Assembly: GCA_951406725.2 (NCBI GenBank) | Contig: OX597833.1 | Location: 47,926,001 to 47,990,000, forward strand | Length of the DNA: 64,000 bases | DNA from: Octopus vulgaris | Taxonomy: Eukaryota | Reading direction: 5' to 3' | Part shown: piece after piece, positions 24,058 through 37,685 of the stretch | Layout of the letters: every line of letters begins with the position of its first letter | How positions within the stretch are numbered: the stretch's first letter is position 1 | Translations under genes and position numbers: made by a program | Notes under the pieces: generated by a model | Told to the model about the DNA's origin: nothing | The model's input: only the letters and a program-made list of their open reading frames with translations | Database searches by the model: none

Positions 24058-24442
24058 CTAGCAGTATCACCTGGCGTTGCTCAGGTTTGTTTTGACCCTT
24101 TAGAATTGGAATTTTTGAAAAGTAAAAATTTTGCATTATGTAGCTTGTTATTCTCTTTAAGTGAATACTCCGAAAAATGGCAACACAGCTGTCAAAAAAT
24201 TGTAAAAAAATAGGGATTTTCATAGAAAAAAAAGTACCTTTTTGATGTAAATAATTTTTGGTCTTAACATGATCCGATTTGAATTCGAATTCTTTCTTCT
24301 ACGGAAGGAAGAGCAAGCCTTCTTCTATCATACTCTCAATTTTGGTCAACTTGCACCGCAGTGTCTTGGAGGAGATAATGTTAGTTGAAGGCTACCAAAC
24401 CTGCCATACACAGACAACTTCAGCTTTATATATATAGAGAGA
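24058..24442 (-). mobile_element. Helitron-like element, inserted in a fold-back repeat
   Basis: Reverse complement of the 56353-56715 family. Confidence 0.7.
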
Positions 24443-24791
24443 TTAGTCAATTGCTTATATCTGATTGTTTTGTTTTTGTTTGTCAAAGCTCTTTCTCAGT
24501 CAATAGTCATTGAGAAGGTTGCAAGAAGCAACAAAAGAGCTTTGATAAGCAAAAACAAAGCAATCGGATATTTAACCAATTAACTAATTATAAGTGAGTG
24601 GAATTGAACCAGTGTGTGTGTGTGTTAATTATATTGGCATTATGACCCTCCTTAGACACAACAAAATACATCTTTATATGCCATCAAATATGAGACTAAA
24701 CAAACACTTGATGATCTTCTGTTGTTGTTTCTAACTATGAGCTAGATATATTTTTCAAAGCTTTTATAGTTTTAATGTCTTTGTGTTTCAG

Positions 24792-24900
24792 ATTAGGGGA
24801 AATTACTTTAAAAGATCTCCAAAGTCGAATTCAAAAGTCCGAAGGCTACCGATTTCAGTTCAAAGCACTAGATCCTGAGTTTGGAACAGTCAAAGAAGAG
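24792..24900 (+). CDS. DIXDC1: DIXDC1 DIX domain exon 2 (RLGEITLKDL...YRFQFKALDPEFGTVKEE)
   Basis: tttcag acceptor, gtatga donor; FKALDPEFGTVKEE is diagnostic of the DIXDC1/Ccd1 DIX domain. Confidence 0.96.
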
Positions 24901-26826
24901 GTATGAATTTAAACAGTGTTCTTATAAAGTTTGGTATGATTACATAAGTTTCCAGTCTCCTCTTATCTAATCTATAAATCTTATTACATACTTGCTACCC
25001 GTACTGGTTTTCACTTTCCCTAGAGCAGGGGATTCCCAATCTGGGGTGCCTGCACCCTTTGTGTATGCAACAAACAACTATATACTTTAATAACATTAAA
25101 TAATAACAATAATAATAATAATAACATCAAAATCAAAATCAAAATCGATCAACATCAATGGAAATTGTAGCTGTGATACCAGTACCGGTGGCACATAAGA
25201 GAACCATCCAATCGTGGCCGTTTGCCAGCCTCGTCTGGCATCTGTGCCGGTGGCACGTAAAAAGCACCCACTACACTCATGGAGAGGTTGGCGTTAGGAA
25301 GGGCATCCAGCCGTAGAAACATTGCCAGATCAGACTGGGCCTGGTGCAGCCTTCTGGCTTCCCAGACCCCTTTGAACAATTCAACCCATGCTAGCATGGA
25401 AAGCGGACGCTAAACGAAACCAAACGAACATTACTTTTCAGAATATAATTTAATTAACTCTTAAAAATAATTTTATTCAATTAAGCAAACCGAGAACCTT
25501 ATTCTTCTACAAATATACAAACAAGTGTTGTTCTATAATTAAGGAGCCTGCTTCCCAACCATATGGTCTTGGGTTCAGTCCCACTGTCCAGCAGCTTTGA
25601 CAAGTGTCTTCTACTATAACCCAAGATTAATCAACACATTGTGAGTGAGTTTGGTAGATGGAAACTGAAAGGAAGCCCATTGTGTGTGTGTGTGTCTGTG
25701 TGTGTATTACTATCGACCAGACTATTTCATGTTGTTATACACTGCTGGTCACAATGTGCTTCCTTGCATTGTTGTAGTTTTAAATGCGGCCTCTCTGGTT
25801 GGGTGGGCATGCCAACATTCCCACTGAATGGAATGTCAGTCAGTTCCAGGGTTACCTTTTACAGTTGAGTGAACTGGAGCAATGTGAAATGAAGTGTTTT
25901 GCTCAAGAAATCAAGACATTGCTGGTCTGGGAATTGAAACCACAATCTTGCAATTGTGAGTGCAACATCCTAACCACTAGGCCATACACCTTCACATATG
26001 TGTGTGTGTGTGTGTGTGTGTGTTTGTATGTACTCTAGTCTAGACATCGTGGCTGTAAATGAGCATCACCATCATACAAGCGGTGTTGTTCATTTCCAGT
26101 CTTCCATAAAAATCATGTCTGGAAGTATGTGAAGGTTGGTGACAGGAAGAGCATCCGGTCAAAGAAAAGTCTGCCTCAACAAATTTCGTCTGACCTATAG
26201 CAAAAGTGGACATTAAATTATGTGTGTGTGTGTACACATGTATGTATAGCACTAGTTAAAATCAGAATGTTCACCTTTCCATGCTTGCATGGGTCAGACA
26301 AAATTTGTTGAGACAGATTTTCTATGACCAGATGCCCTTCCTGTTACTAACCCTCACCTATTTCCAAGCAAAGTAATATTTCTCCTTGGCCTGACATGTT
26401 TTTCATGGAAAACTGGAAATAAACAAAATTGCTTGTATAACAGTGATGCTCATTTACAAACATCACATGATGTCAAGATAAGAATACACACAAACACACA
26501 CACACTTATATTTCTATCTATCAAATTCACTCACAAGACTTTGGTCAGCTCTGGGCTATAGTGGAAGACACTTTACACAAGGTGTCCCACAGTGGAACTC
26601 AACCAAAGACTATATGATTGGTTAGCAAGCTTCTTAACCATATAGCTATGCCTGCTCCTATTATCCAAGTAAAATAGTTTAATACATATTAATTTTTCTA
26701 AATTCAAGTGCCTTTTTATTTATATATTTATTTTATTATCTTTTGAGAATTTTTTTTTTCTTTTGAAGTAAAATATATTTTTCATTGAAGTATAATTAAC
26801 TGATACCTGTTTTCTCTTCATTTCAG

Positions 26827-26904
26827 CTGTTCAGTGGCACAGACATACTGCCTGGTTGGGAAGGCAAGATCGTTGCTTGGGTGACAGAGAAGAAAACTGA
26901 ATAG
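26827..26904 (+). CDS. DIXDC1: DIXDC1 last coding exon (LFSGTDILPGWEGKIVAWVTEKKTE*)
   Basis: tttcag acceptor; PGWEGKIVAWV motif; TAG at 26902-26904. Confidence 0.96.
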   Translation: MFSGTDILPGWEGKIVAWVTEKKTE

Positions 26905-28760
26905 ATTTCTATTTTATAGAGTATATTATATAAAAAAAAATATTTAGAAATATTTAAAATGAGATATCAAGGGAAAGCATCATTCTTTGATACAAACACA
27001 AATATATATGTAATACATATATCAAATACAAACTCACTATTTATAATGTAATCTATGCTCAAAGTTGACATTTGACAGTTATGTTTAGGTAATTTTCGTG
27101 GCTTTAACTAGCCGGAGCTAGTTCACTAGTCACCAAAATCTACTCTATAGAGTAGATATTGTATCTAATCAAAGCTTTTTATAGACAAAATAATTTGTAT
27201 TTGTTGTATAAAAGATTTATTTTGTTATATTTGTTGCTGCACAAGCTGCTATTCACATACGTCATCCAGTTTCAATATATTTAATAGAACACAACATTCC
27301 TCTACCTTCTTCATTTCTAAAATTGTTCTTAATATCATTGAAAATGATTCTGTGAAGCTTTTAGAAGGAGAAGGAGAAGTAAAGTTCAGATGGCCACCAG
27401 TCCAACTGCAAAAAAAGATATCCTTTTGGCTGTAAGGAAAATTTTTAAAAAAAAGGTTAAGTTTTCAATTGTAGAATGTTGGTTTTCCCCATTTGTTGTA
27501 AAGCTTCTTACTGTAAGTGAAAAACCACAAAGAAATTTGAATTTTAGCAAGTCTTTTTATAATTTCTATTGTATAAAATATATTTGTGCCTAGCTGATAT
27601 GCTAGAAATATCTTTCAAAGAATATGTTTTATATTCCTATCCTACTAAGTAAGTGTTAATGTTTTATTTTCGCTGCCCTTTCTATGTAAACTTCTGATAT
27701 CAGTATTTAAGCTGGCAAAGGGAATGAACGACTCTATTTATCTCAGTTTTTTTCTTATAAAAGCCCCTATTTTCTTGATTTTGTTTGGATCACCATAGAT
27801 ATTCCTTTGCCTAATTATGCTTCATTATCTTGTATTCTTATATTTGGGAATAATTTTAACTGAATTTCATTTAAAGAAAAGTCTTCCTCTACTTTTCATA
27901 TATATATATATATATATATATTGAAATTGGAAACTAAGAAATTGAAATTAACAATAGAAATATTTACTGTATTTTATTTTCTTTTATAATTACTTGAAAG
28001 AAAAAACTAAAATACCAGCTAAAATTACAATCTCTCTCTCTCTCTCTCTCTTCTCTCAGATAAAATAAAAAATCGTTAAAAACATATTTCTTCATATAAA
28101 TAATATATGTTGATAATATTAAATGCTAAACTTGACTTTGCCTTTCATCTTTTGGGGATTAATAAAATAAGTACCAGTTGAAAACTGGGGTCGATATAAT
28201 TAACTGACCCCCTTCACTGAAATTGTTGGCCTTGTGCCAAAATTTGATACCAATATTAAATGCTCAATTGAGGTTATTACTTAAAAGCAAGAAGGTGGCT
28301 AGCAAACAGAATCATTAACCTGTTGGAAACAAAATGCTTGGCAGTATTTCTACTGATTCTTTGTATTCTGATTTCAAATTTCGCTGAGGTCGACTTTACC
28401 TTTCATCCTTTTGGGGGTTGATAAAATAAGTACCAGTTAAACAATGGGGTTGATGTAATTGACTAGCTCCCCCACACCCAAAAAAATTTCAGGCCTTGTA
28501 CCTATAGTAGAAAGAAATATTTTAAAGCAAGCCTTAATAATAACAACAGGATATTAACTGATGAAGGAGGAGGGACTTCAATACCAAGAGGCAAATTCAT
28601 TGTAAAGTCGCAGTTAATAATATTATCTAAGGTGGCAAGCTGGCAGAATTGGTAGCATGCTGGGCGAAATGCTTTGTGGCATTTTGTCCATCTTTACGTT
28701 CTGAGTTCAAATGCCGCTGGGGTTGACTTTGCCTTTCATCCTTTTGGGGGTCAATAAAAT

Positions 28761-29080
28761 GAGACGTCTGCATTGGCTGGGTCATGCCCTCCGTCGTCAG
28801 CCAGGAGAATTCATCTACGAAGCAATTGCCCCAGTTCCCCTTCAGGGTTGGCAAAAGCGATGTGGTGGACAACGAAAAACCTGGCTGACGACGGTCAAGG
28901 CTGATCTGGAACCCAACCTAGGCCCCCATATCTACAGCGTTCGCCGCTGGAATAAGGAGTGGTTGGAGATCACGCGGTCATTAGCCTCAAATCGCCAGGT
29001 CTGGTCGGCGTTTGTGAGAGATGCAGCATTGAGAATGAAGCCAGCTCAACCCACCCCGGGTGAATGCTGTAAGAGGAGAG
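28761..29080 (+). mobile_element. RTE LINE 3' fragment nested in a SINE
   Basis: RRLHWLGHALRR...GGQRKTW in ORF 28711..29091; host SINE sequence resumes after 29080. Confidence 0.8.
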
Positions 29081-30015
29081 GTATCGGTTGAGCACTGGCA
29101 TTGATGTAATTGATTTGTCCCCTCCCCCGAAATTTCAGGCTTTATACCTTTAGTAGAAAGGAATATTATCTATCATTTAAGGGGGCAAGCTGGCAGATTT
29201 GTTAGCACACTAGGCAAAATGCTTTGCAGCCTTTCGTCTGTTTTTACAATTCTGAGTTCAAATTCTGCTGGGGTTGACTTTTGCCTTTCATCCTTTTGGG
29301 GTTGATAAAATAAGTACCATTTGAATACTGGGGTCAATGTAATCAACTTAGCTCCTCCCCTGAAATTGCTGGCCTGGTGCCAAAATTTGAAACCAATATT
29401 ATCTATTATCTGTCAGATTTTTTCTAGTTTCTTCAAATTATTTCCTGTTGGAATTATCATATTTCTTTCATTCACAAATTCTCTTATGACTGTCATATTA
29501 TCTCACATGTCATACAAATATAAAAAAAGGAATAATAATACTAACAATACTGTCAATTAATTTATATTATTCTTGTTCATTATGTTATATAAAACTTGTG
29601 GTGAGTGCTTTAGAACAAGAGATAAGCTCTTGTATGTCATCATCATATTCTTGTTTCGAATCTCACTCAGAGAAAGGCATGAACATGACACTACATCATT
29701 TTCTCTTTTTAAAGTACACAAACTTGCAACCTAGCCAAAGGATAAACTACTAATATATTTATAAAATTATTCATTATTCATCCATGTTTATCAGTATTAA
29801 ATTGGCTATATCTGTCTCAATCTTTCATTATAAAATCCCTGCTCACTTAATTTTGCTCTGATCTCTCTAATTTATATTTTCTTTTGCTTAATATTTTTAC
29901 TGATTTAATTCTTATCCATTTTTCACAAGCAACAATGGGAAACTACAACTCCTCTTCCGAAATTATCAAATTTGCAAATACAGCATGTATTCTAATCCAC
30001 TAAATAGCACTTCTT

Positions 30016-30048
<33 letters not shown>

Positions 30049-30497
30049 GATAGATAGATAGAACCAACACTGGGTAGGATCTATGGTTTATATTGGATTT
30101 AGTACCTATATATAATTATAAATAAAGAGAAAAATATACTTATAAAATTTATTTTACCATTCGATATTGTTTCCCAGCTTAATAAACATGTATATGGATT
30201 TCTTTTAACCTGAAGAGCTAGCTTAATATCTGCATTAATTTAAAAATTGCATATAAATGCAGACATGTAATTTATTACTTATAAAATATAATAAAATAAA
30301 TTATTTATATGTTTATTAAGCTGCGAAACAATTGTTGTTAAATAAGAATTTCCAGTGGTAAAATAAATTTTATCATAGTATATTTCTCTCTGTATTTATA
30401 ATTTTATACACTCCTTATGTTTTACTGTATATTCTATTTGTTTTGTAGAATGGTACATTAAGCAACTTTTTTTATGAGTACCACCAGATTAGTTGAA

Positions 30498-30549
<52 letters not shown>

Positions 30550-30648
30550 TTTCTTAAAAAAGTTCCTACCGTTAATGGTTATATTTCCATACCGAAATCT
30601 ACCCGGAAATAATTGTTGTTTTTTTTTTAATTAATAATTATTTACCCT

Positions 30649-30692
<44 letters not shown>

Positions 30693-31772
30693 CTACATAT
30701 ATACATACCTGCAGTAATGGTTGTTTTACTTTACTGGGAACTTAATGTTATGGTACCCAGCCAGTACTAGGCATCCTACTTGCGATATGCCTAGATTCTA
30801 CTGAATCCTGTAACTATTCAATAGATAGACATGTAGGCAGATAGGTAAGTGTATGTGGCCTTTTTGAACTTAACTTCCTTGCAGTTCTTTCATTGTCATG
30901 GTTTATACCAGTCACGGGCAAATCATAGCCCATGGAACTTTCTGAATGGCACACCTGCAGCCAGCTTCTTAAAAAAAATAATAAATAAATGCTGCTCACA
31001 CTTGGTTTTGACATTACTTTCCTCTATTAAATTCCTCAACTTCTAACCTATCTGTAACTATTTCATAATTCACAGAATATATCTATTACATTTAGTAATA
31101 TTTGTAATACACTGCTACGAGACATGACAACTCACTTTTTGTCCACCAGACATGTTGTTATAACCTGTATAAGTCATATTCCTTGCAGACTATATTGAAT
31201 TTCACACCTGGGGCCAAATTGTGACAATCTGTTATTGATTAACCCTTTAGTGTTCAGATTATTCTATCAAACATAATGCCTATTGATTCCCATTAATTTG
31301 AATTAATCATGCATTATCTCATATCTTCAAGATCTTGATGGTGTAATTACTTAATGTAGAATAACATTGTAGGGTAGGTGTGAGGGCCTGGATCTGGTCA
31401 GTTTGAACAGAAAACAGATTAGCTATTTTGGCCGGATATGGCCGGTTTAAATACTAAAGGGTTAATCATTGCAGTTCTTCTATTGATTTTGCAGATGTTA
31501 AGTACAGCCATTCTTGATTTTTATTGTTAGGTTTCAAATCAAGAACAAGAAAAGGGAAGAGAGTTAGGAAAAGAACCTCAATAAATGGTTGCCTGAATTT
31601 CAATATTAGTCCTAGTGCTAATTTAGCTCCATTAATTACAGATATTCTTTATTGCTGGCTAGTTCTTAATTTTCATTTGGAATATGGATGTTGTGATTTA
31701 CGGCTCTATGGACCTCATTACTTGGTCTATGGCTTCAACCAAAACATTTATTATTTTCAGTCAAATTAGATG

Positions 31773-32060
31773 AAAATGATGCTGAGATAAAGAATATGAA
31801 CCATATTATTTAGGAGTTCAAATTTCAAAATATTGAGTAAAAATATCAATGATGTGGAATGGTATAAAGATAAGCTCTGTTGATGTCAATTTAGTTTTTC
31901 CTTTTTGACTAATACAAAATGATGCTGAGATAAAGAATATGAACCATATGATTTAGGAGTTCAAAATTCAAAATAATGGGTAAAAATATCAATGATGTGG
32001 ATTGGTATAAAGATAAGCTCTGTTGATGTCAATTTAGCTTTTCATTTTTGACTAATACAA
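31773..32060. repeat. Tandem duplication, unit about 143 bp, two copies
   Basis: aaaatgatgctgagataaagaatatgaacc at 31773 and 31916. Confidence 0.9.
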
Positions 32061-34592
32061 TCTGTGAAAACAGTGCTTTAGTGTGGCCTTAATCCTGATG
32101 GCTGAAACAAAATAAAGAACTGACTGGAGTCAATTTTCTACTAAAAAAAAATAAAGGATTGGAAAGTAAAACATAATATTTACTATAAACGATTTAAAAC
32201 TAAACTAAAAACCATACCAACAAATCTGTATAGCTAAAGTATTTAAGTCATATGAAATTTAATATTAATTTGTTATAAGGTGGTGCCTGACAGAATTGTT
32301 AGCACATTGGGGAAAATGCTTAGTGGCATTTTGTCCATCTTTACATTACGAGTTCAAATTCCACCGAGGTCGACTTTGCCTTTCATCTTTTTGCGTTTGA
32401 TGAACTAAGTACCTGTTGAGCACTGGGGTCGATGTAATCAACTTAACCCCTTCCTAGAATTGCTGGCCTTATGTCAAAATTTGAAACAAATATTAATTAC
32501 TTATGGGTTTTTCTTTTGTATTATTCCTGCCATCTCAGTGGTCCTAAAAACTAAAGGTTTTTTTTTAACAACCCAGTTCTTGTAGGAAAATTGTTTGATA
32601 AAGTGTGGTTAAGGGACTAACTTTGCAACCAGATGGTTTTCGGTTCAGTCCTCCAGTGCAGTACCTTGGACAAGTGTGTTCTACTACAGCTCAAGGCTGA
32701 CCAATGACTCTTGTGAGTGAATTTAGTAGGCAGAAACTGCATGGAAGCCCATCATATATACATATATATATATGTGCGTGTGCCTTTGTGTTTTGTATCC
32801 TCAGCACCACTTGACAACCAATGTTGGTTTGTTTACGTCCTTGTAACTTAATGGTTTGACAAAAGAGACCAATAGAATAAGTACCCTTAACTTTAAAAAA
32901 TAAATCCAGGGGTCGATTTGTTTGACTAAACCCTTCAAGGCAGTGCACCAGCATGGCCGCAGTCCAGTAAATGAAACAAATAAGGGGCAAAAGCATAAGA
33001 GATATTCTCAATTAAGATAAACTTTTTTTCTATTAAATGCATTAATTTAGATGTTTGCTGACTTTTTTTTTTTTTTTTTTTTTACTCAATCATGGCATAT
33101 TACTCAAAACCTAGCAAAAGTGGTAGTTTGTAATATGCATACAATAGCTTTCAAAAGCCTATGGAAGCTGTACAAACTTGCAGTATGGAATTGTTTGCCT
33201 GGTCCTTAACACGCACACACACACACATAAACATTCACTCTCTTAAAATCTTTGTGCTGTGGCTCCTAACTATTACAGGAAGGAACCTAGATTATAATGT
33301 TGATAACCATTTTCTTCTTATCAATAAATGCTTACTTTGGTGATTTAAAAAAAAAATTTTTGAATGATAGCTTTCTGTCTGATTGCAATTTATGCCTCCA
33401 TATATTTACATTCTTTTATAATATTTTGAGAAGGCAGTGTACATTTAATTCAGTTCATACACCTACTGTGATATTTATATTTTAACCATTCCTTTAACTG
33501 GAAATTATTAAGCTGGACCAAGAAATGTCTGTGTAATCCAAATTTTTTTTTTCAGCTGTGAAACACTGAAAGCAGCGATCAGATCTTATCCAGTTCTTTG
33601 CTTTGAGTGATTACAGAACTTCCATATAAACATGGTTACACTTACAAAGGCGCTTTCTTTTTTTTCCAATATTTAGTTTATTTTTTAATGCCAAAGAACA
33701 TTACAAGTTTGTGAAAAAAAGAAATTTCTATAGTTTGGCTTTCAGATGCAACTTCCATCTATTTTCAGTATATAGTCATTTTATGGTTAATTATTTTTCT
33801 ATAAGGAGAAACAAACCCTGGATCAGTGCTAATTATAAAATGCCTATCACTGTGACCAGAGTTAGATTTTCTTCTGATAATATATAATATTAATTAACTA
33901 TTTTTTTTCTACAATGTCTTTTAATAGCATTTTGATAAAATATAAAACAGAAAGCTTCTATACACAAGTAGCTGCATGAAGCAGTGAAAGCCTACAAAAT
34001 TGTGTTTGATAGTTATTTAAACCTGTAAATGCTTTTCACAGCAGTTTGTCATGTGTGATTTTTTTTTTTTTTGTCCATGATACGCCACAGTGAAATGATC
34101 TTACCAGTTCAAATACCTCTCAAACACAATTTTGAAATGGTCTTAAGATTGTATAGAAAGTTTCTATGATATAATATTTAAGTAATATATGACTAAAATT
34201 TTGCAATGTGCTTCAGACATTCTTAAATAAACTAAAGATACTGACTTGATTATTCAGGGTAAAAATCAAGAGAGAAAATATCCAATTTCCATAAATATTT
34301 CAATGTTTCATGCAATGGAATTTTGTTTTGTTTTGTTTTGTTTATCTTTTGTTAAACTTGTAAAATATACTTTGTAATTTATGCAAAAATGAATTGTGTT
34401 TTGTTGTTCATTAAATTTTATGAGATATTTCATTGTAACATATCCCTTATAATTAAACACACAGCAAAATAAAGCTACTTGTCCTAAATATTTTCTTTCT
34501 TTATTTTTTATAAACTTATTTATCATTATTATTTTTTGGAAGAGGAATTATAATTCAGTGAATCCAACTTTGTCTCTTACAATTATTTTAAT

Positions 34593-34886
34593 AATTGCAG
34601 CGTGGAAGGTGTTTATAAGCCATTTAAGAAACACACAAAACCGTTAGATTCACTTCAACATATAAATTTAATTTGTCACTTTGAGACCACGATCTGTTCA
34701 CTGACAAAAGGTCGCAGTCTCAAAGCGACAAAAATATTTTGACAAATTAAATTTATATGTTGAAGTGAATCTAACGGTTTTGTGTGTTTCTTAAATGGCT
34801 TATAAACACCTTCCACGCTGCAATTGTTTTCGTTCCAGCACACGATCTCAGATCAAGTCACTCGCTATGCAAGTACATCTCCGTAA
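34593..34886. mobile_element. Second copy of the fold-back element, opposite orientation
   Basis: Inverted arms; 12-bp duplication aattattttaat at 34581-34592 and 34885-34896. Confidence 0.65.
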
Positions 34887-35139
34887 TTATTTTAATTTCT
34901 CAGTGAAAACTGAAATAAATGCAAGCAATATTCCGATAGATAAAACAACTAGCGAATTGTAAAATGCACAGCTCAGAAGGAAGAGTGTAAAAGGCTGTAT
35001 ATAAATGCAAAGGCTGTATACTGAAGCTTCAAAGCAACACCTGTTTTCCATTTTTAAACTTGATTCAAGATGGTTCCCACTATCAGCAATTCTTATTTAA
35101 TCATGCATTATATTATAGTTTTGAGATTTCAATGATATA

Positions 35140-35520
35140 CTCTTTACTCTCTCTGTTACTTGTTTCAGTCATTTGACTGCGGCCATGCTGGAGCACCGCC
35201 TTTAGTCGAGCAAATCGACCCCGGGACTTATTCTTTGTAAGCCCAGTACTTATTCTATCGGTCTCTTTTGCTGAACCACTAAGTGACGGAGACATAAACA
35301 CACTAGCATCGGTTGTCAAGCAATGCTAGGGGGACAAACACAGACACACATATATACGACAGGCTTCTTTCAGTTTCCGTCTACTAAATCCACTCACAAG
35401 GCTTTGGTCGGCCCGGGGCTATAGCAGAAGACACTTGCCCAAGATGCCACGCAGTGGGACTGAACCCGGAACCATGTGGTTGGTAAGCAAGCTACTTACC
35501 ACACAGCCACTCCTGCGCCT
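35140..35520 (-). mobile_element. SINE family 1
   Basis: Matches family consensus. Confidence 0.85.
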
Positions 35521-35654
35521 ATATAATTGTATATTTTTAGAATAACATTGTAGGGTAGGTGTGAGAAGCCAGACCTGGCCAGTTTGAACATAAAACAGCG
35601 AGAACATTTTCACTGGATATGGCTGTCTTAAATACTAAAGGGTTAAAGTATGAC

Positions 35655-36220
35655 TTGGGTTGTCCGGAAAGTTTGTGCCGATTTTTAAAGAAAAGAAAAG
35701 GGTCACTGAATACTCGCCATTACATTTTTAATCAACCAAATATGAACCCTTTTGTTGCACAATGCATCTGCATCTTTTCTTTAACTTGAAAATACCCTAT
35801 TCCCAGAGTTGAGGTGGTTTCATGGCAAAGAATTCATCAAGGTATCTTTTTACGTCATCCAAGGAATTGAAATTTTTACCATTCAGAGTATCCTGCAGAG
35901 ACCTGAATAAGTGGAAATCCAAAGGAGCAATATCTGGTGAATACGGAGGGTGGGGTAACACATCCCAGCCGAGCTGCAGCAATTTTTGTCTGGTTCCCAA
36001 AGCATCAATTGCCGAAAATGAACTTTCTTATCTTCCATTTTAAAGGGTTACAGAATTAAAACAGGTTATAGGAACATAAAAATTCTTCCACGAAAAGATA
36101 GCTTAAACTGTGCTCTAAATGGAGGTGTAGTCAAATCTTATTTTATGGATTCAACCATGTTGTAAAATAAGTCGAAAGGTAAGCTACTATAAATCGGCAA
36201 GAACTTTCTGGACAACCCAA
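35655..36220 (-). mobile_element. Internally deleted mariner element
   Basis: TIRs ttgggttgtccggaaagt / actttctggacaacccaa followed by TA. ORF 35797..36000 has WDVLPHPPYSPDIAPLDFHLF (mariner YSPDLAP motif). A related end remnant lies at about 17801-17925. Confidence 0.9.
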
Positions 36221-37685
36221 TAGAAGTTGTTTAGTGACATCCTACTTTGGACATCTTGACAGGTTTGTAATTACGTTATTTGTTCTGTGAAGGCACATGT
36301 CAATCAGTTAACACTGGATGTCACCAAGAGAAATTATAACAGATCATGGAAGAAGGAAATAGATAAAAGGTCAGGGCCATGCAAATCTGAACAAACTTAC
36401 CCGTATGACAACAATGAGGATGATGATAACTTTGGTAATTAGAAAAAAAAGTGATAGTGTTAATGAGATATTTTAGGTTTTTTTTGCCATAACCTGACAA
36501 AATAACCTTGGTGATATTAGAGACCTATATGAAGAAATAGTAAAGTAGATGATAACATACATGATGTAGGAATTTTTTATTTATAATCACATCTTTGGTA
36601 ATGAGAATTATTATCTGAATGACAAATACTGATTTAAAAAATAAAGGGCAGTTGAGACAACCCTGAAATTTCTATTATGGAAATTCAGTGAAGAGTGAGT
36701 CTGATTTTTAACAGTGCTGTGATAACTCTGAAGTTGTTCCAGTCTTATTAGGCCTCCTCAGCAAAGTACAGTTTAACTGTTACTGCAGATCTTAGATGTA
36801 AATTTAATTGAAATTTTCTGGTTTATTACATCAAATAAGCTAGCACTTACAAAATGCCTATCAGCATTTACTTTTAACTCTTACTGAAATGTCAATATGG
36901 GCAACTTAGCTTTCATAGAATCAATAAAATAGTTAACTCTACATATTTATTTAACCTTGTTTTAGAATAGTTTTGCCACAAAGGTAATGATTACAAATTA
37001 ATTTGCTAAATAAACAATAGCAGTCAATTCTACCAGTTTTGTAGTGCCTGCAAAGGTCATGACAAAGGTTACACTTTCTGACCAAGCTATTAAAAAAAGA
37101 AAAAAAGTTATCTTTTATTTTTTACTTTTTTCAGTCATTAGACAATAAATAGGATTGCAGGGGTCTCACATTGAAAAATTTTAGTTAAACTTATTGACCC
37201 CTGTACTTATTGTTTTTGTAAAGCCTAGCACTTATTCTATCAGTTCCATTTTGCTAAACTGCTAAGTTACAGGGATGTAAATACACTGGTTGTCAAGTGG
37301 TGGTGGAGGACAAACACAAACACAGAGACACACACACATGTATATACATGAGGGCTTCTTTCAGTTTTGGTCTACCAAATCCACTACAAGGTTTTGGTCA
37401 GCCTGAGGCTAAAGTAGAAGACGCCCAATATGTCACGCAGTAGGGACTGAACTGAGAACCGTGTGGTTGGGAAGCAAAATTCTTACCACACAGCCACACC
37501 TATTAATAAATAAAAATAATTACCATCTTCTATGGTGTGCTGCAAAAGTTTTCTAATACAGTAATCCCTTGACTATCGCAGGTGTTATGTTCCCAAACCC
37601 CCCACGACAGGTGAAAATCTGCAAAGTAGAAACAGTACTGTACTGTATTTTTATATTACTTTTATAATTTGTATATGTTTGAAAC

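Noticed and set aside
30540-30660. Insert within (TA)n with a tacc-gaaa motif
   Set aside because: May be a Penelope-like remnant, but no recognisable hammerhead core could be assigned.
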